Assembly: GCF_000315625.1 (NCBI RefSeq)
Contig: NW_005434539.1
Span: 3,263 to 67,262 of the forward strand
Length of the DNA stretch: 64,000 nucleotides
Direction of reading: 5' to 3'
DNA from: Guillardia theta CCMP2712
Taxonomy: Eukaryota > Protista > Cryptophyta
A model generated the notes under the pieces. The model made no database searches. It was not told where the DNA came from and was given only the letters and a program-made list of their open reading frames with translations. Positions 1 to 11,714 of the stretch are shown one piece after another. Position numbers and translations under genes: made by a program. Numbering within the stretch: the stretch's first letter is position 1; every line of letters begins with the position of its first letter.

Positions 1-2242
1 GGGTTGAGAGCGACAAGGTCCCGCTGGCAAGGAAGGTGAACAACAAGAAAAATGGTGGCGGGGAGGGAGGGGGGAAGGAGGGGGGAAACAGGAGCAGTAG
101 CAAGCAGAGATTTGGCACCAAGAAGTCAACATTCTCCTGAACCCTTGTATATCTACCAAAGCTTGTTAGCACGAGGATGAGATAGAGGGGGGGAGGAGTA
201 TGACTGGAGGAGGAGAGGATGAGAAGAGGATGAGGGAGGAGCAAGGAAAGAAAGGGTCAGAAGGTAGCGGACCGAAGGCCGAAGAGCTGAGGGCAATGAA
301 GCATCGTCGTCCTCATCTTACTCCGCGGGATTCCAAACCCTTCCAGTCCAGCTCGTCACTTGCTGGGGAAGAGGCGGCAAGACGTACCTGTGAGGTACGC
401 GCTTGTGTTCAAGATGTTGTCTTGGGAGTAGGTGAGGAAGGGAGGGTGTAGCTTCACGATCTTGGCGACTTCTGTTGCTTCGAGCTGGTCGGAGCAGGTG
501 GTGAGGAGGGCGAGGCACGAAAAGCAAGGCAGCAACAGGCTCACGTCAAATTCTTTCTTGAAGAAGGCGATCTTAGGTCTGCCGGCAGCATCAGCAGCGA
601 GTCAAAGGCAGGGCAGCACGGACTTCAGGTTGTTCGCCAGGGAGAGCGTGAGGAGCATGGGGTTGGCGAGGAAGATCTGAAGGAGGAGGTCAGCGGTTGT
701 AGTGGAGGGACGGGTGAAGCATGGAGACCTTCTTGAGATCGTCTCTCATCAGCCCTAACTCCCGTACCATGAAGAAGACCTGAAGATCAAGTAAAGCCTC
801 TGCTCCTGCTCCTGCTCCTGCTCCTGATCCTGCTCCTGCTCCTGATCCTGCTCCTGATCCTGCTCCTGCTTCTGGCACAACACTTCTTCCTTCTGCTCCT
901 CTTCTACAACCATACCATCATGGGCCTTCTCCGCTTCAATCACACTATCCTCTTCCACCACCTCTTGCTCCATCACCCCTGCTTCTTCTATATCTCCTCC
1001 TCCTCCGCCTCGATCCCTTCACCTCAACACCCTCTCCTCTCCTCTTCATCTCCGCTCTGATCTCGGCCTGTACCTTCGGATGCAAGTTCTCCTCGACGCT
1101 CAACTGCAGCACCGCTAGGAAACCAGTCAGCAGCGACGATCCTTTCCCGCAAGCCTACCAGGTTGCTTCTCGAGCAGACTTCGGACCTCATGCCTGTCAA
1201 AGTCCAGGGAAGTCTCAAGAAAGCTGGAGCAGGATGTCATGGCAGAAGAGCGCTGAGCAGTCGAGCTTCACCTCAGGGTCGGCCTCAGGTTCCTGTCCAG
1301 GTTGTACTTGAGGATGTGGGGGAAGCGGCGGACAACCTTGGTGATGCTGCGGCAAGTCAGGAGCAGACGCGTCCGTCCTCCCCCAGCTCTTCATACACAG
1401 CTCTCGTGAACCCGATTTCGTTCCTCATGAACTGAAGCTTCTCCCGCTGCCGAACAACTTTGATGGCCAGCAGCTGGGAAATTGAACGTCACCAAGCTGA
1501 GAAGGAGGCAGCTGGACGTGCCTGTGGGCAGCTGGATAGAACCTTCATGGCCTGGCCCGGCTGGAGACCGACTTCGTCCACGAGGAAGTCCACTGCAAGG
1601 AACGCGTTTCACCCAGCGATCAAAGCACAAGGAAGACTTGCCAGACTCCTTGATCCGCTCCACCTTGAGGGGCCCGCGGGCATTCGGGAACGGCTGGCAA
1701 TCCATCAACTGGGTCGAGACAAGTCATGGAATCGCTTGATACACAAGCATACACCTCTGTTATGTTGATCGCACTCACGACCATCTCGTCCTCAGGCCCT
1801 CTGCAAGGAGCCGGAAGAAGTGAGCTCTGGGGCATGCAGCATTCACGGCTGACCTCGTTTCCACATCAGCGTCCATGCTCTGCTGGCACATGACCACAGG
1901 AGAGGAGCGATAGAGGTTGATCTGGGCAGACAGCAAAGACCTACTACCTCGCAGCAGCAGAGGAAGACTCGATCGATGGAGTAGGCACAAGGGGGAGGAC
2001 TGTCGCAGGTTCTGCACACTCAGCCATGCAGGTTGGAGCAAGGGAGAGGGAGGAAACGCGGTAGTTCCACTGAAGAAGAGGAGCAGGGCTCCTTGTAATG
2101 TGACTGAGGAACAAGCCGGAAGCCGTCTCTGCCGGTGTTGGTAGTGTACATTTCTTGAAGATCCTCTGACCAATCTTGCCTCCCCCTTGACCACCTTCTC
2201 CTCCACCACCACAATCTTCATCGCCTCCGCGCAAGTTGCCAT
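1..2242 (-). CDS. mTERF-family protein, probably plastid-targeted; multi-exon, 3' end runs off the window
   Basis: Spliced minus-strand exons read ELGLMRDDLKKVSMLHP / IFLANPMLLTLSLANNL / PKIAFFKKEF / LEATEVAKIVKLHPPFLTYSQDNILNTSAYL / YTRVQENVDFL / RDLVALNP, matching the mTERF repeat pattern. The N-terminal ORF 1775-2308 has a hydrophobic stretch ending in TTA-F followed by an S/R/L-rich transit-like region. Linking the 5' exons to the mTERF exons is inferred. Confidence 0.7.
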
Positions 2243-2384
2243 CAACCCGGCATCACTGCATTGCCTGTAAAGACATCGAACTTGAGCTATTGTTGGTGTT
2301 ACTATCAAGTTTTACTGCCCTCTGATCAGTGATGGCTTTCACTGTAAGGGCCGTCACTTCAACGGTGAACTGAAAGACTCCGCA

Positions 2385-3300
2385 CCTGCCCCCGGCCGGG
2401 CCGGGCCGAGCCCGGCACTGGCAGACTCGCCGTCACCAGTGATCAGTAAAACGGCGGCCCGCACGGTCCGATCCATGAAGCTGCTGACTCACGGTGAGCG
2501 CCGCCACACCCACTCACTGCGGCCCGGCCAGCCGGAGGCTCGGAGGCTCCAGCCGCCGGCCGGGCCCGGCGGCCCGGGCGGCGCCGGACCCGGGCCGGGC
2601 CCTGAGTGTCCGACTCACAGTGGCACTGAACCGTCCGACGTCTCGGACGGACCCCGGCCCGCCGGGCCGCCGCCGCCCGGGCCCCCGGCCGGGGCCCGGG
2701 GCCATCCGAGTCTCATCCGGCCCGCCCCGGCTGGGGGCCCGGCGGCCGGCCTGCTTGCAAGTTTTTTTTTCTCTGTGGGCCGCGGCCGGCGGCGGGGCGC
2801 GGCCCGGGGCCCGGGGGGCAGCGCGCCGCCGCCTATCTAGTCATTGAAAGTTTAACTCACAGAGTCAGCCTGGCGGGCAGTAAAATAACCGCCGCAGGCC
2901 AGTGCCATGTGACCGTCTTCGTCAATCTGTCACAAACGGTTAACTTAAGTAAAAAATCAAAAAAAAATCAACTGTCAAACAACAGCAAACATTGAACCCG
3001 GAGTCCGAGCGAGGACCCGTGTGACAAACCGTTGAACAACAACACTACTGTCACGCCGGTCTCTTTTACTCAAAGTTAAGTTAAAACTTGAATCAGTATA
3101 CGAGCACTACTGCTCGGCTCAGCCCGATCCGTCAGTGGTATCTGGCGCCGTCACGGACGCCACAGGCACCGCCGCGGCGGACCTCTCAAGCCTGGCGGCC
3201 GCCGACTCGAGTCATGTACGGTACGGTCATCTCGGACTGGCTCAGATAGTCACGCAAGTTACGGGGGCGCGGCACGTCACCCCGGTGGCAATGCCAACTG
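2385..3300. promoter_or_regulatory. GC/CpG-rich island between divergent genes
   Basis: Dense CCGG/GGCC/GACTC/CAGT words; lies between the 5' ends of mTERF (-) and the HTH gene (+); contains an element copy at 3061-3104. Confidence 0.55.
3061..3104 (+). repeat. Copy of dispersed AT-rich element (TTTACTCAAAGTTAAGTTAAAA...ATCAGTA..CGAG)
   Basis: 3061-3086 is the exact reverse complement of 24616-24641 and matches 47028-47049. Confidence 0.9.
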
Positions 3301-3980
3301 TTCAACGGTTGTAAAAACTGAACTCAGCCGGTTTGGTGAGCTGGCAAAAACAGTCGGAAAAACAGTCATATCCCAACTCACGATTGGTTTGGAAAGAAGA
3401 CTTTTCATTGTAGCATGTCGCAACATGACCCCGTTCAAAGGCCATTAAACTACCCCACCCGGTCCAGTACTACATGACCATCGTGCCTTGGATTCCAGTT
3501 ATTTTCTTTACCCCTTCCATGTTGTGAGGACCCCTCCCTTGACCACCACCGTGGCACCACCGCTGATATTCCTTAAGTTTTCTTGCGAAAAAGTCAGACC
3601 AAGACCCACCCCTGGATTATGTCAATGTTCGATAAAGTACCCCTACCCTCTATATCCGATCTAACACATTTTGACCCTTTTTCCATGCTGACGTCGGAGT
3701 TTGTAGTTTTGAGAAGCAGTTGTTAAATTTGAATTTTGTCAATGAAATTTTCGCAGATCCGACGAAAGATATGTACCGATTGACTGGAATTTGGAGGCAG
3801 TAACCTCGAGCTCAGCCGGCCCTTTTATACATCTCTGAAATCTTGTCTTTTCGAAAGCTGGGACTGTCACACCGGTACAAATGAGGGAACAGGAACAGCA
3901 CGGGTGGTGCCAAATCGAGGGCACAAGGGATTACAGGAGCAAGGGGAGGCGAGCGAGGGAGCAGGAGGGCAGGGCAGAGC

Positions 3981-5033
3981 ATGCAGCGAGATTTCAAGGA
4001 AGATACAGAAACATCTAGCATTCAGGAACGATCTATCAAGGTGGGAGAAAGTCTGGAGAGCACGGGGGACGAAGCAGCAAGAAGAAGATTCATCGCAGGC
4101 AACATTCAGGATATGCGGAGCATGCAGGTGGATAGATGGTTTCTCTCCGACCAGAATGCTCTGGATTCACCAGAAACATTCCACGAAAAAAGTCGAACAT
4201 CGCATGCATCAAATTCTGCACGAGATAGTATCAGTGACAACATGGTAGAGGAAGGGAGGCACAACAGCACAATAGACAGGTTGGCGGGCAATTCGAAACC
4301 CCCACGCACCAAGATCATGAACGCGCAGATAGCGTATGAGATCTATAGCGCAAAGAGAAGCATGCTAGAGAACAAGTCCATGGAAAGTGCCCTTGTGGCT
4401 GCAAAGTACGGCATTAGCTCCAAGACAGTCCGAGATATCTGGGACCGAAGGACATGGGCGGACGCGACGATCGAGCTGTGGACCGAGAGGGAGAGGGAGG
4501 AGTACGAGTCACAAGAGAGGAGGAACCCCGGGCGACCACCTGGATCGAAGGATACCAAACCGAGGAAGAAGAGAGGAGGAGTGGCTGGCATGAGTGGCCT
4601 GCACAAAGCTTGCTCCTCCGGGTTTTCGATTTCGGACAACACGGATAACAATTCATGCAGGTCAAGCGTCACAGCAGACTCGTCCAGTGCGGATGACATC
4701 AGTAAAGTTTTCAACGTTGATCAGAACTTTTTTCAAGATTCCGATGAGCAGTCCTCTTCGGGAGCAGTAGCACCGAGCACGGAGCTGTTGGAAGCAAGCA
4801 TCGTACCCATGGACGTCAACGATGCTGGAGGGGAGGCAACAAGAGGGGAGGCAGCAGCCAACGGAGACGTACAAACATTACTGGATTCAGAGCAAAGGAG
4901 ACTGATCGGGGAGACGTACAGGAATCAAAGCGCTCAGTTGCTGAATGGAAGCAGTGACGAATGGTTCGTCCGGCCCGAGCTGTGTGGCATTAATGATTTC
5001 TTGCAAGAATCGAGCGAGTCGAGTGATACCTGA
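3981..5033 (+). CDS. Putative HTH + AT-hook-like DNA-binding protein (KTVRDIW family), paralog 1
   Basis: 350-aa ORF with AYEIY..VAAKYGISSKTVRDIWDRRTW..LW..PGRPPGSKDTKPRKKR, shared with ORFs at 28670-29224 and 30033-31046. The true start may lie in a short upstream exon near 3881. Confidence 0.8.
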   Translation: MQRDFKEDTETSSIQERSIKVGESLESTGDEAARRRFIAGNIQDMRSMQVDRWFLSDQNALDSPETFHEKSRTSHASNSARDSISDNMVEEGRHNSTIDRLAGNSKPPRTKIMNAQIAYEIYSAKRSMLENKSMESALVAAKYGISSKTVRDIWDRRTWADATIELWTEREREEYESQERRNPGRPPGSKDTKPRKKRGGVAGMSGLHKACSSGFSISDNTDNNSCRSSVTADSSSADDISKVFNVDQNFFQDSDEQSSSGAVAPSTELLEASIVPMDVNDAGGEATRGEAAANGDVQTLLDSEQRRLIGETYRNQSAQLLNGSSDEWFVRPELCGINDFLQESSESSDT

Positions 5034-5309
5034 TACTCTTAGATACCTGATAATCTTACATCTCATTCTTCCTTGTAAATTCTATTGTAAAGTAACAGGC
5101 CATTAACGATCCGACTGCTTTACACCGTCTGCGATTCGATGTATGTTCCTGTTGAATCGCCCCTCCCTAATGCGCTCGCGTTGAAAACCACAATCCATCG
5201 TGCGAAGCGAAGTATGCTGGAGAAAGAGTATTTGATAGCACCCAGCGTATCAGATCTGGTTTTACTAATGGCATGTATATTCAATGTTGTGTATCTCATC
5301 TTCTTAAAC

Positions 5310-7021
5310 CTAGCTTTCCTGCTGTTCTGCTCTCGACAAACTGTTCTGAACCTGCTCTTCCCTGTATGCATACAGCATCAACTGCCATCAAGTCGTCAGC
5401 ATCACACACCGCAACACCTCCCGTAACCTGAAGCGCAACATCAGCAAATTCAGCGTACTGGATCGCCCCGTCGTCGTTTTGATCAGCTTCCGCCATCAGC
5501 ATGATCAACTGCAACGCGGAAACATCACAATCAACCGGCTCAGATCACCATCTTCTCAATATCACCTGCTTGTCGGTGAAAGGAATCCCGGAGTCCCGCA
5601 TGGCTGCCATGAACTCTCCCAGGTCGAGGTAGCCTGACTTGTCAGTATCGTACTGCTGGAAGACGCTCCCCATGATGCTCGTGAACTCGTCCCTACTCAT
5701 GCCCAGGTATTGCTCAGCTGCTATCTCTGCAGAGTTAACCTGAAGGAGAGAAGTGAGGAGGGGAGAGACTCGAAAGCAGGATGATTATGACCTGCTTCCA
5801 AGCTTCTGTCTGCTGGAACTGAATCTCCTCTTCGTTCTCAAACATTCTCGTGATCATGGGGCCTGCTACGTTGACGATGAAAGGCTCGTACTCGATGCCG
5901 TTGCCCTCCACTGATCCTGCTTCCGCCAGGATGTTGAGGATCTGAAACTTAGACAGCCCAAGGTCGGCGTCTCGAAGTGCGCGGGAGACTCGAGCTGGGG
6001 TCAAGAAACCTTTGCCAGCCTTGTCGTACTCCCTACAGCATTGCACCAGGAAGTCGGAGAGCTGCGAGGGCTTCGACTGCAGGCTGATGATGCTGTTCTT
6101 GACCATCTCGATCAGGACCATGTGAAACCTGGCAGGAAAGTCAGGTCAAGTCTCGAAACCTTGTCTATGTGCTCACAGAGGAATGAACTCTTCCAGGGAA
6201 ACCTTGCCGTCCTGGTTCTCGTCGACCTCTATCATCGCCATGTTGATCTCACGCTTCGTGAGGTTCAGCGGAAGCTGCCGTAGGAACCTGGAGCGTCTCT
6301 CAGTGGAGAGTTTGATCGCAAGGGAGGAAGTACGCGTGAAATTCTTTGACGTCAAGGTAGCCGCTCTTGTCTTTGTCCGCCTGCCGACCCCCCGCCATCA
6401 GCGTCGGCATGCAAGCAGACTCGTTCCTCCTACCTCATCGAAGGCCTCTCTCACCATGACCTCGATCTCTTCCCGCGGAATCCCTCGGAAGACATAATTC
6501 TCTGCCGCCTCAGCTGCGCTCTGTTCAGCCTCTTCCACTTGTTGCTGAGTCTCTTTTCTGGCTTGGATGGATGAGATTAATTCTATACAAGCAGGGATGA
6601 ACTCTCGGTATTGAATCAGCCCGTCTTCGTTCATGTCAGCTTGAGAGTATAACAACTTGATCTGTTTCTTCGTGAGGCCCAAGTTTGCATTCTGAAGGAG
6701 AGTCTTAAACTCTCGCTTATCCAGGACTCCATTCCCTAGCACTCCGAGTTAGCGCGTTCAAAGTGAACACTATCAAGAAGCACTAGTATCACCATCCTCA
6801 TCCGACTTGACGAAGATGTCTGTTAGATATTCAACGAGATGTTCTTGTTGCAGTGTTTTGAACTCCTCTGGCGCATATTGCTCTAGCTTCTGATTGAAAT
6901 ATTTCGAACCAAACGCAAAAATGTTCTTGGGCTGCTCTCGGAGGATTTCTCGGACAAACTCTTTGAGAATCTCTGGAAAATCGGACGGGATGGAGTGTGT
7001 TGTCCCGAATTTACTTGTCAT
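5310..7021 (-). CDS. RIIa (dimerization/docking) domain + multiple EF-hand protein, radial spoke RSP7-like
   Basis: N-terminus IPSDFPEILKEFVREILREQPKNIFAFGSKYF (RIIa D/D fold), then EF loops DEDGNGVLDKREF, DMNEDGLIQYREF, DENQDGKVSLEEF, DTDKSGYLDLGEF and DQNDDGAIQYAEF across about 7 exons; last exon LMLYAYREEQVQNSLSRAEQQES*. Confidence 0.8.
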
Positions 7022-7519
7022 GACGAGAATCTCGTCGGTACCTCAGTTCTGCTGAAGCTGTTGTTATCCTGTGATCACATTTCAGAAGACTGCTTGCTGC
7101 AAGGATTAAGAGAGGTTTGATCCTACAGAGTTAGGATCAAATCCAAGTCAGGTTTGTCTCTCAAAGATGACATTGTTCCAAGCTTGAAAATTATCACAGT
7201 TTGCTTGTTCTGATGTGCTACACATCTTGTATCAACCTTTGCTGCTTGTAATTACCCTTCAGAGCGAGTTCACGAGACGAACTGACTTCCTTGAGTTCAT
7301 TCTTCCTCTTACACCGATACTCCTGATCTTCATTTCCTACATTCTTGATTCTTCATCATCATCTCCTCGTTTTCCTCCTTCTACTCATCTGTTACTACTA
7401 ACATGCTGTGAACCGACAAGCTTCATTCATTCTTTCCTCCTCCCCTTCCCCGTGCCATCTGTTTCCTGTTCACCCAAGACTGTCATCTCTGTGTTCTCAC
7501 TTATCACTGTCTTTCTCCT

Positions 7520-7720
7520 CCAATCTCTCTCTCCCCCCCCCCCCCCTTTCCTCTCTTTCTCTCTCTGTCTCCTCCCTTCCTCTCCCTCCCTCTTTCTCTC
7601 TCTTCCTCTCCGACTCCCTCTTCCCCCTTTTCCCTCGTCCTCTTTCTCTCCCTCCTTCCCTCCTTCCCTCTCCTTTCCTCTCCCTCCCTCTTCTCCTCTG
7701 ACTGTCTGTCTGTCTGTCTA
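7520..7720. repeat. CT-rich low-complexity tract
   Basis: Pyrimidine-rich stretch ending in (CTGT)n. Confidence 0.8.
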
Positions 7721-7914
7721 TCCGAGGCTGTCCGTCTGTCTCTTACGAGCATCGTCCCGTCCGATCCTCTCCATGGGGGGGCAGGAGACTGAGGGTCTCC
7801 CGCATTCCTACTGCCACTACTGTCCGCCGGTTTCCAACGGCTTGCTGCAAGGACCGACTTTCTAAATATTTCAAATCTCTCTCTTTGATATTCAAATTTA
7901 GGCAAACAGACTAC

Positions 7915-8430
7915 TTGGCCGTGGTACCGGCAGGTTCGGCGGCGAGCGGCGTCACGTCCGTCAAGTTGCCGCCGGGCCGCCCGCCCGGCGGGGGCCGCCT
8001 GGCCCAGTGCACTGCGGCACGGTGGCCGCCGGCCCGGGCCCGGCGCCGCAGCGGAGGCTGCCACGATGACTCCGACCGGGCCGGTGCCGCGCATGTTCCG
8101 AACTGAGTTCAGTCGGATCGCCTGCCAGCTTCAACCTAACCAGCCCGGGTCCTTTAAGTTACACCGTCATGACACTAGTGACTTAACTTTGAGTAAAAGT
8201 GACACCGTAGGCGGTCAAAAAAAGGCCGCTTTGCCAAAGTACCAGTAAAAGGTTTGAACCAGTAATACTCAGCCTGGATAGCCGCCGTGACGGGTGATGG
8301 CCGGGGCCCGGCCCGGCGGCGGGGCCCGGAAGGACGGCGGGGTTTGACCGTGGCTGAGGGATCACTGTCGGATCGGATGATGAAAGTTGGGAAGTCACCG
8401 AGTCGATCATCCGAGTGGCAAGGCTGACCG
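7915..8430. promoter_or_regulatory. GC/CpG-rich island between divergent genes, with element copy at ~8152-8199
   Basis: GC-rich words plus ACTTAACTTTGAGTAAAAG at 8181-8199. Confidence 0.55.
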
Positions 8431-8485
8431 TGAGCAAGTGGTCCTGCTGAGACGAAGCACAACTACAATCTGTGTCAGTGTGAGT

Positions 8486-9213
8486 ATGGAGGGCGGCTGC
8501 ATGCTGGTGGTGTTGAAGTCGCAGGACTGTCTTGTGGTGGTCTCCATCTTCCTGCTCGCATGCAGCTCGATCCTCATAACCTGCGGCTCTATCCTCCTTA
8601 CCCTGCTCGAGACCCCCGAGTACTGTCAGATCTTAGCACGGCAATGCCAGCAGTTCGGTCTGGAGGATCTACAGAACATCTCAACGATCTGTGGGTACGA
8701 CAACCACAGATGTTATGTACAGAACGTCTTTCCGATCTCACTGCAGACCATTGCTGTCTACTGTTGCTATCTGACTAGTACCATTCCTTTCTTCATCGGC
8801 ACCTGGAACCTTTGCTTCATGCGAGTGCGGTGGCGATGTTCGGTACGTCAGGTGGTAGCCCTCGGGCTCTTCGTCTTGGTAGGAGCAGTCTTCTGCGCCA
8901 TCTCAACCTTTGTCACGTTGAACAGCTTTCGCGTTGCGTCGGGTCAATGTAAGGCGTTCTTCCTGGCTGCAAACTGTGTTGACTAGGTTGTTGGGCAGGT
9001 GACAATATTAACAGTAGAAGCTCGAACCCTTGCTCTCAGTTCCTGGCCTTGCTTGTTGTGTTTTCTGTGAGCAACATGTTGCTGATAGCCTTGTTGACCA
9101 TGTCGATGGTGATCTTCCTCCTCAACATCACCATCGCGAGCTCGCAACAAGCAATGCCGGCGCAGCAAGAGGAGGCCGAGGAGTCTGAGAGCGAAGAAGA
9201 CGCTGCCGTGTGA
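8486..9213 (+). CDS. Small multi-pass (about 4 TM) Cys-rich membrane protein, unknown function; 2 exons
   Basis: Exon 1 from ATG 8486 has hydrophobic helices. After a short GT-AG intron ending at 8986, exon 2 reads CWAGDNINSRSSNPCSQFLALLVVFSVSNMLLIALLTMSMVIFLL..EEDAAV*. Confidence 0.65.
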
Positions 9214-9858
9214 GATGCTCGATGAAGATTCTCTAGATAAACTTTTGTTTGATAACACGCAATCAGCAGCCCTGTCGTACATCCCAATCACCGCTTCAGA
9301 TGTTTGCAGAGGTACAAAACACAGCACTACAAAACTTGTCTTGATTGTGAGCAAGATGATAACAGATCTTTGTTGACATGTCTAGCGTATGTTCTTGCTC
9401 AGCAAGCACTTGACTCTTGCGCCTTCTCCTCATCCATGTTTATTATGATGGGATGACGTTTTTTTAACTCGTGAAAAGGCGTGATGGTGTAGACTGGTAG
9501 TAGTAGCGAGTGTAGAGGGGGGACAGGACTCAGAAATGCGGAGAGAACGAGAGGAGAGGCAGAAAGCAGAGGAGTCAGACGAGACGAGATGAGATGAAAT
9601 GAGATGAGAAGAGAAGAAGAGAAGAAGAGAAGAGAATATATTAGCAGAGGAGAGAGAAGTAGAGAAGAGATAAAAGAGAAGAGAAGAGATTTGACATGTT
9701 CTTATCTCTTTCTTGCGTAACAATATTTTGTAGGATGTACACTGGTGAAAACAAAAACACTGGTGAAAACACATAATCGACAACCTTACTGCGGCCTGAA
9801 GACTCACTAGTCACATTCACTGATGTCCAACTTTTCGCGAGCAACATCATCAGTGCTG

Positions 9859-11633
9859 ATGAAGTTCACCTCTCCCATCCTCCTCCTTCTCCTCCTCTCT
9901 CTCCCCACATCCCGTGCTGTACGCTCACGATATCAGAGCGCCGCTAGATCTCTCAGTCTTCGCGCCAACAATCTCATGAAGGTAGACTTTGAAGCAGCCC
10001 TGTCGGGCAACGTGAAAGTGCAAGAGGAAGCCATGAAGCTTCTCTTCACCCCAGTCAGGTGCTCCTCGTAGCCTCCGGACTGATAGACCTGAACATGTCA
10101 ACAGCGTGTCGATATGGGACTCGCCCTACAGTCCCAGTCAGACCAACGCTGGCTTGTTTCGAGGAGTGACGTTCAGGGTAGTTGGTAAGTCGCCCATGCT
10201 CTGTCTGACTTCCTCTCCTTCTGATCTGTCTTTCAGTCTATCAAGTCCCGCCCTTCGTGAACATCGAAGACCCCGAGGCGACATCGCTGGGGGATCCAGG
10301 GAACGTGAAGCAGAAGCGCAACTACGTCAACGGCAAGATATCAGGCTTGATGTGCGGGAGCGAGAGCAGGAGGCGAGCAGCTGACTGTTGGCATGAAGTA
10401 TCGACCTCCTGGAGCAGATTAAGACCCTTCTCAACTGTGAATTCGAGTACCTCTGTATTCTAACGTCGTCCGAGCGACAGTGTCTTGACGTCCGTGCTGT
10501 TAGATCCATGCAAGAAGTCAGACAACACCTGCTACGCTGCTGACTTCGCCTCCTCCTCTGCCGCCCTCCAGATGCTCAACGTTGACGGGCCGGAGTCAAG
10601 CCTCTACTACGGGGGAGGAGCTGACATGTGTCCGGACTTCAACTGCCTGGTCGGAGGGAACGTCAAGATATCGGAGAAGAACCTGCGCAACTACTTCTTC
10701 ACACAGTAAGTCGCAAGCCCCCTCCTCCCTGCACTCTCTCACTCCCCCGCAAGGCCTTTCCTTCAGAACGGATTCGTGCTCGTCACTCGATCGGGAGAGG
10801 CAGAGCCAAATATCATGAGCTGGGCTGATCCCATGACCTCGTTCGTGTGGACCATCGTCATGATCGAAGTCAGCGTCGTCGCTCTTTGCCTCTGCTTCAC
10901 CGAAGGGTACGGATTCATCAACAGCCTCTCCGAGTTCAGGTGGAATCCAGTCCGTCTCCTCGTCGAGGGGTTCTACTGGTCGCTTCTCCAGCTGTTCGGG
11001 GCGGCTGCCAGGACTCCGGTGACGGTAGCTGGGAAAATCTTGATCGCCACTCAGCTGTTCTTCAAGCTCATCCTCATCTCCGTCTACACAGGTGCCTCTA
11101 CTGAACTAGAGCTGGGCGGGGCGTGACGCCTGCTGCAGGGAACCTGAACTCCTTCCTGTCCTCCGTCCCGACCAGCACTAGAGTGGGGCGGATAGAAGAT
11201 TTCTTCAAGACTACTAAGGGCTTCTCCAAGAGCAACAGCATCTGCGTACCCTCGGAGAACCCATCAGTCCAGCAGTACCTCCAGCTGCTGTCGGAGAACA
11301 ACCCGGACTTCCAGTACCAGCGAGTCAACGGGACGACGGTCGATGACTGCCTCATGGCAGTCTACCTCAACAAGGCCACAGCGACTTTCTACGATCAGCC
11401 GGTTGTGATAGCGAAGCTTGCGTCCTCCTTCTATCAGAACAGCCTGTGCGGTAACGTCGGGGGCTACTGCAGGGACCCCAACGCGACTACCATGAAGACT
11501 CTGACAAACTTGACCGACCTGACCAAGGTGACAGCCCCTGTGATGCTGACGTGGAGGAGGAAGAGGGAGGGAGGACGGGGTAGACGAGAGTGAAAGTGAG
11601 AGAGGAGGGGTGAAATGAGTACGATGAGCAGGA

Positions 11634-11714
<81 letters not shown>

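Noticed and set aside
2439-2847. Pro/Gly/Arg/Ala-rich ORFs in GC islands (also 7504-8094, 31292-31911, 46208-46763, 57778-58169)
   Set aside because: Stop-codon scarcity in extreme GC sequence; open in several frames with no recognisable domains.
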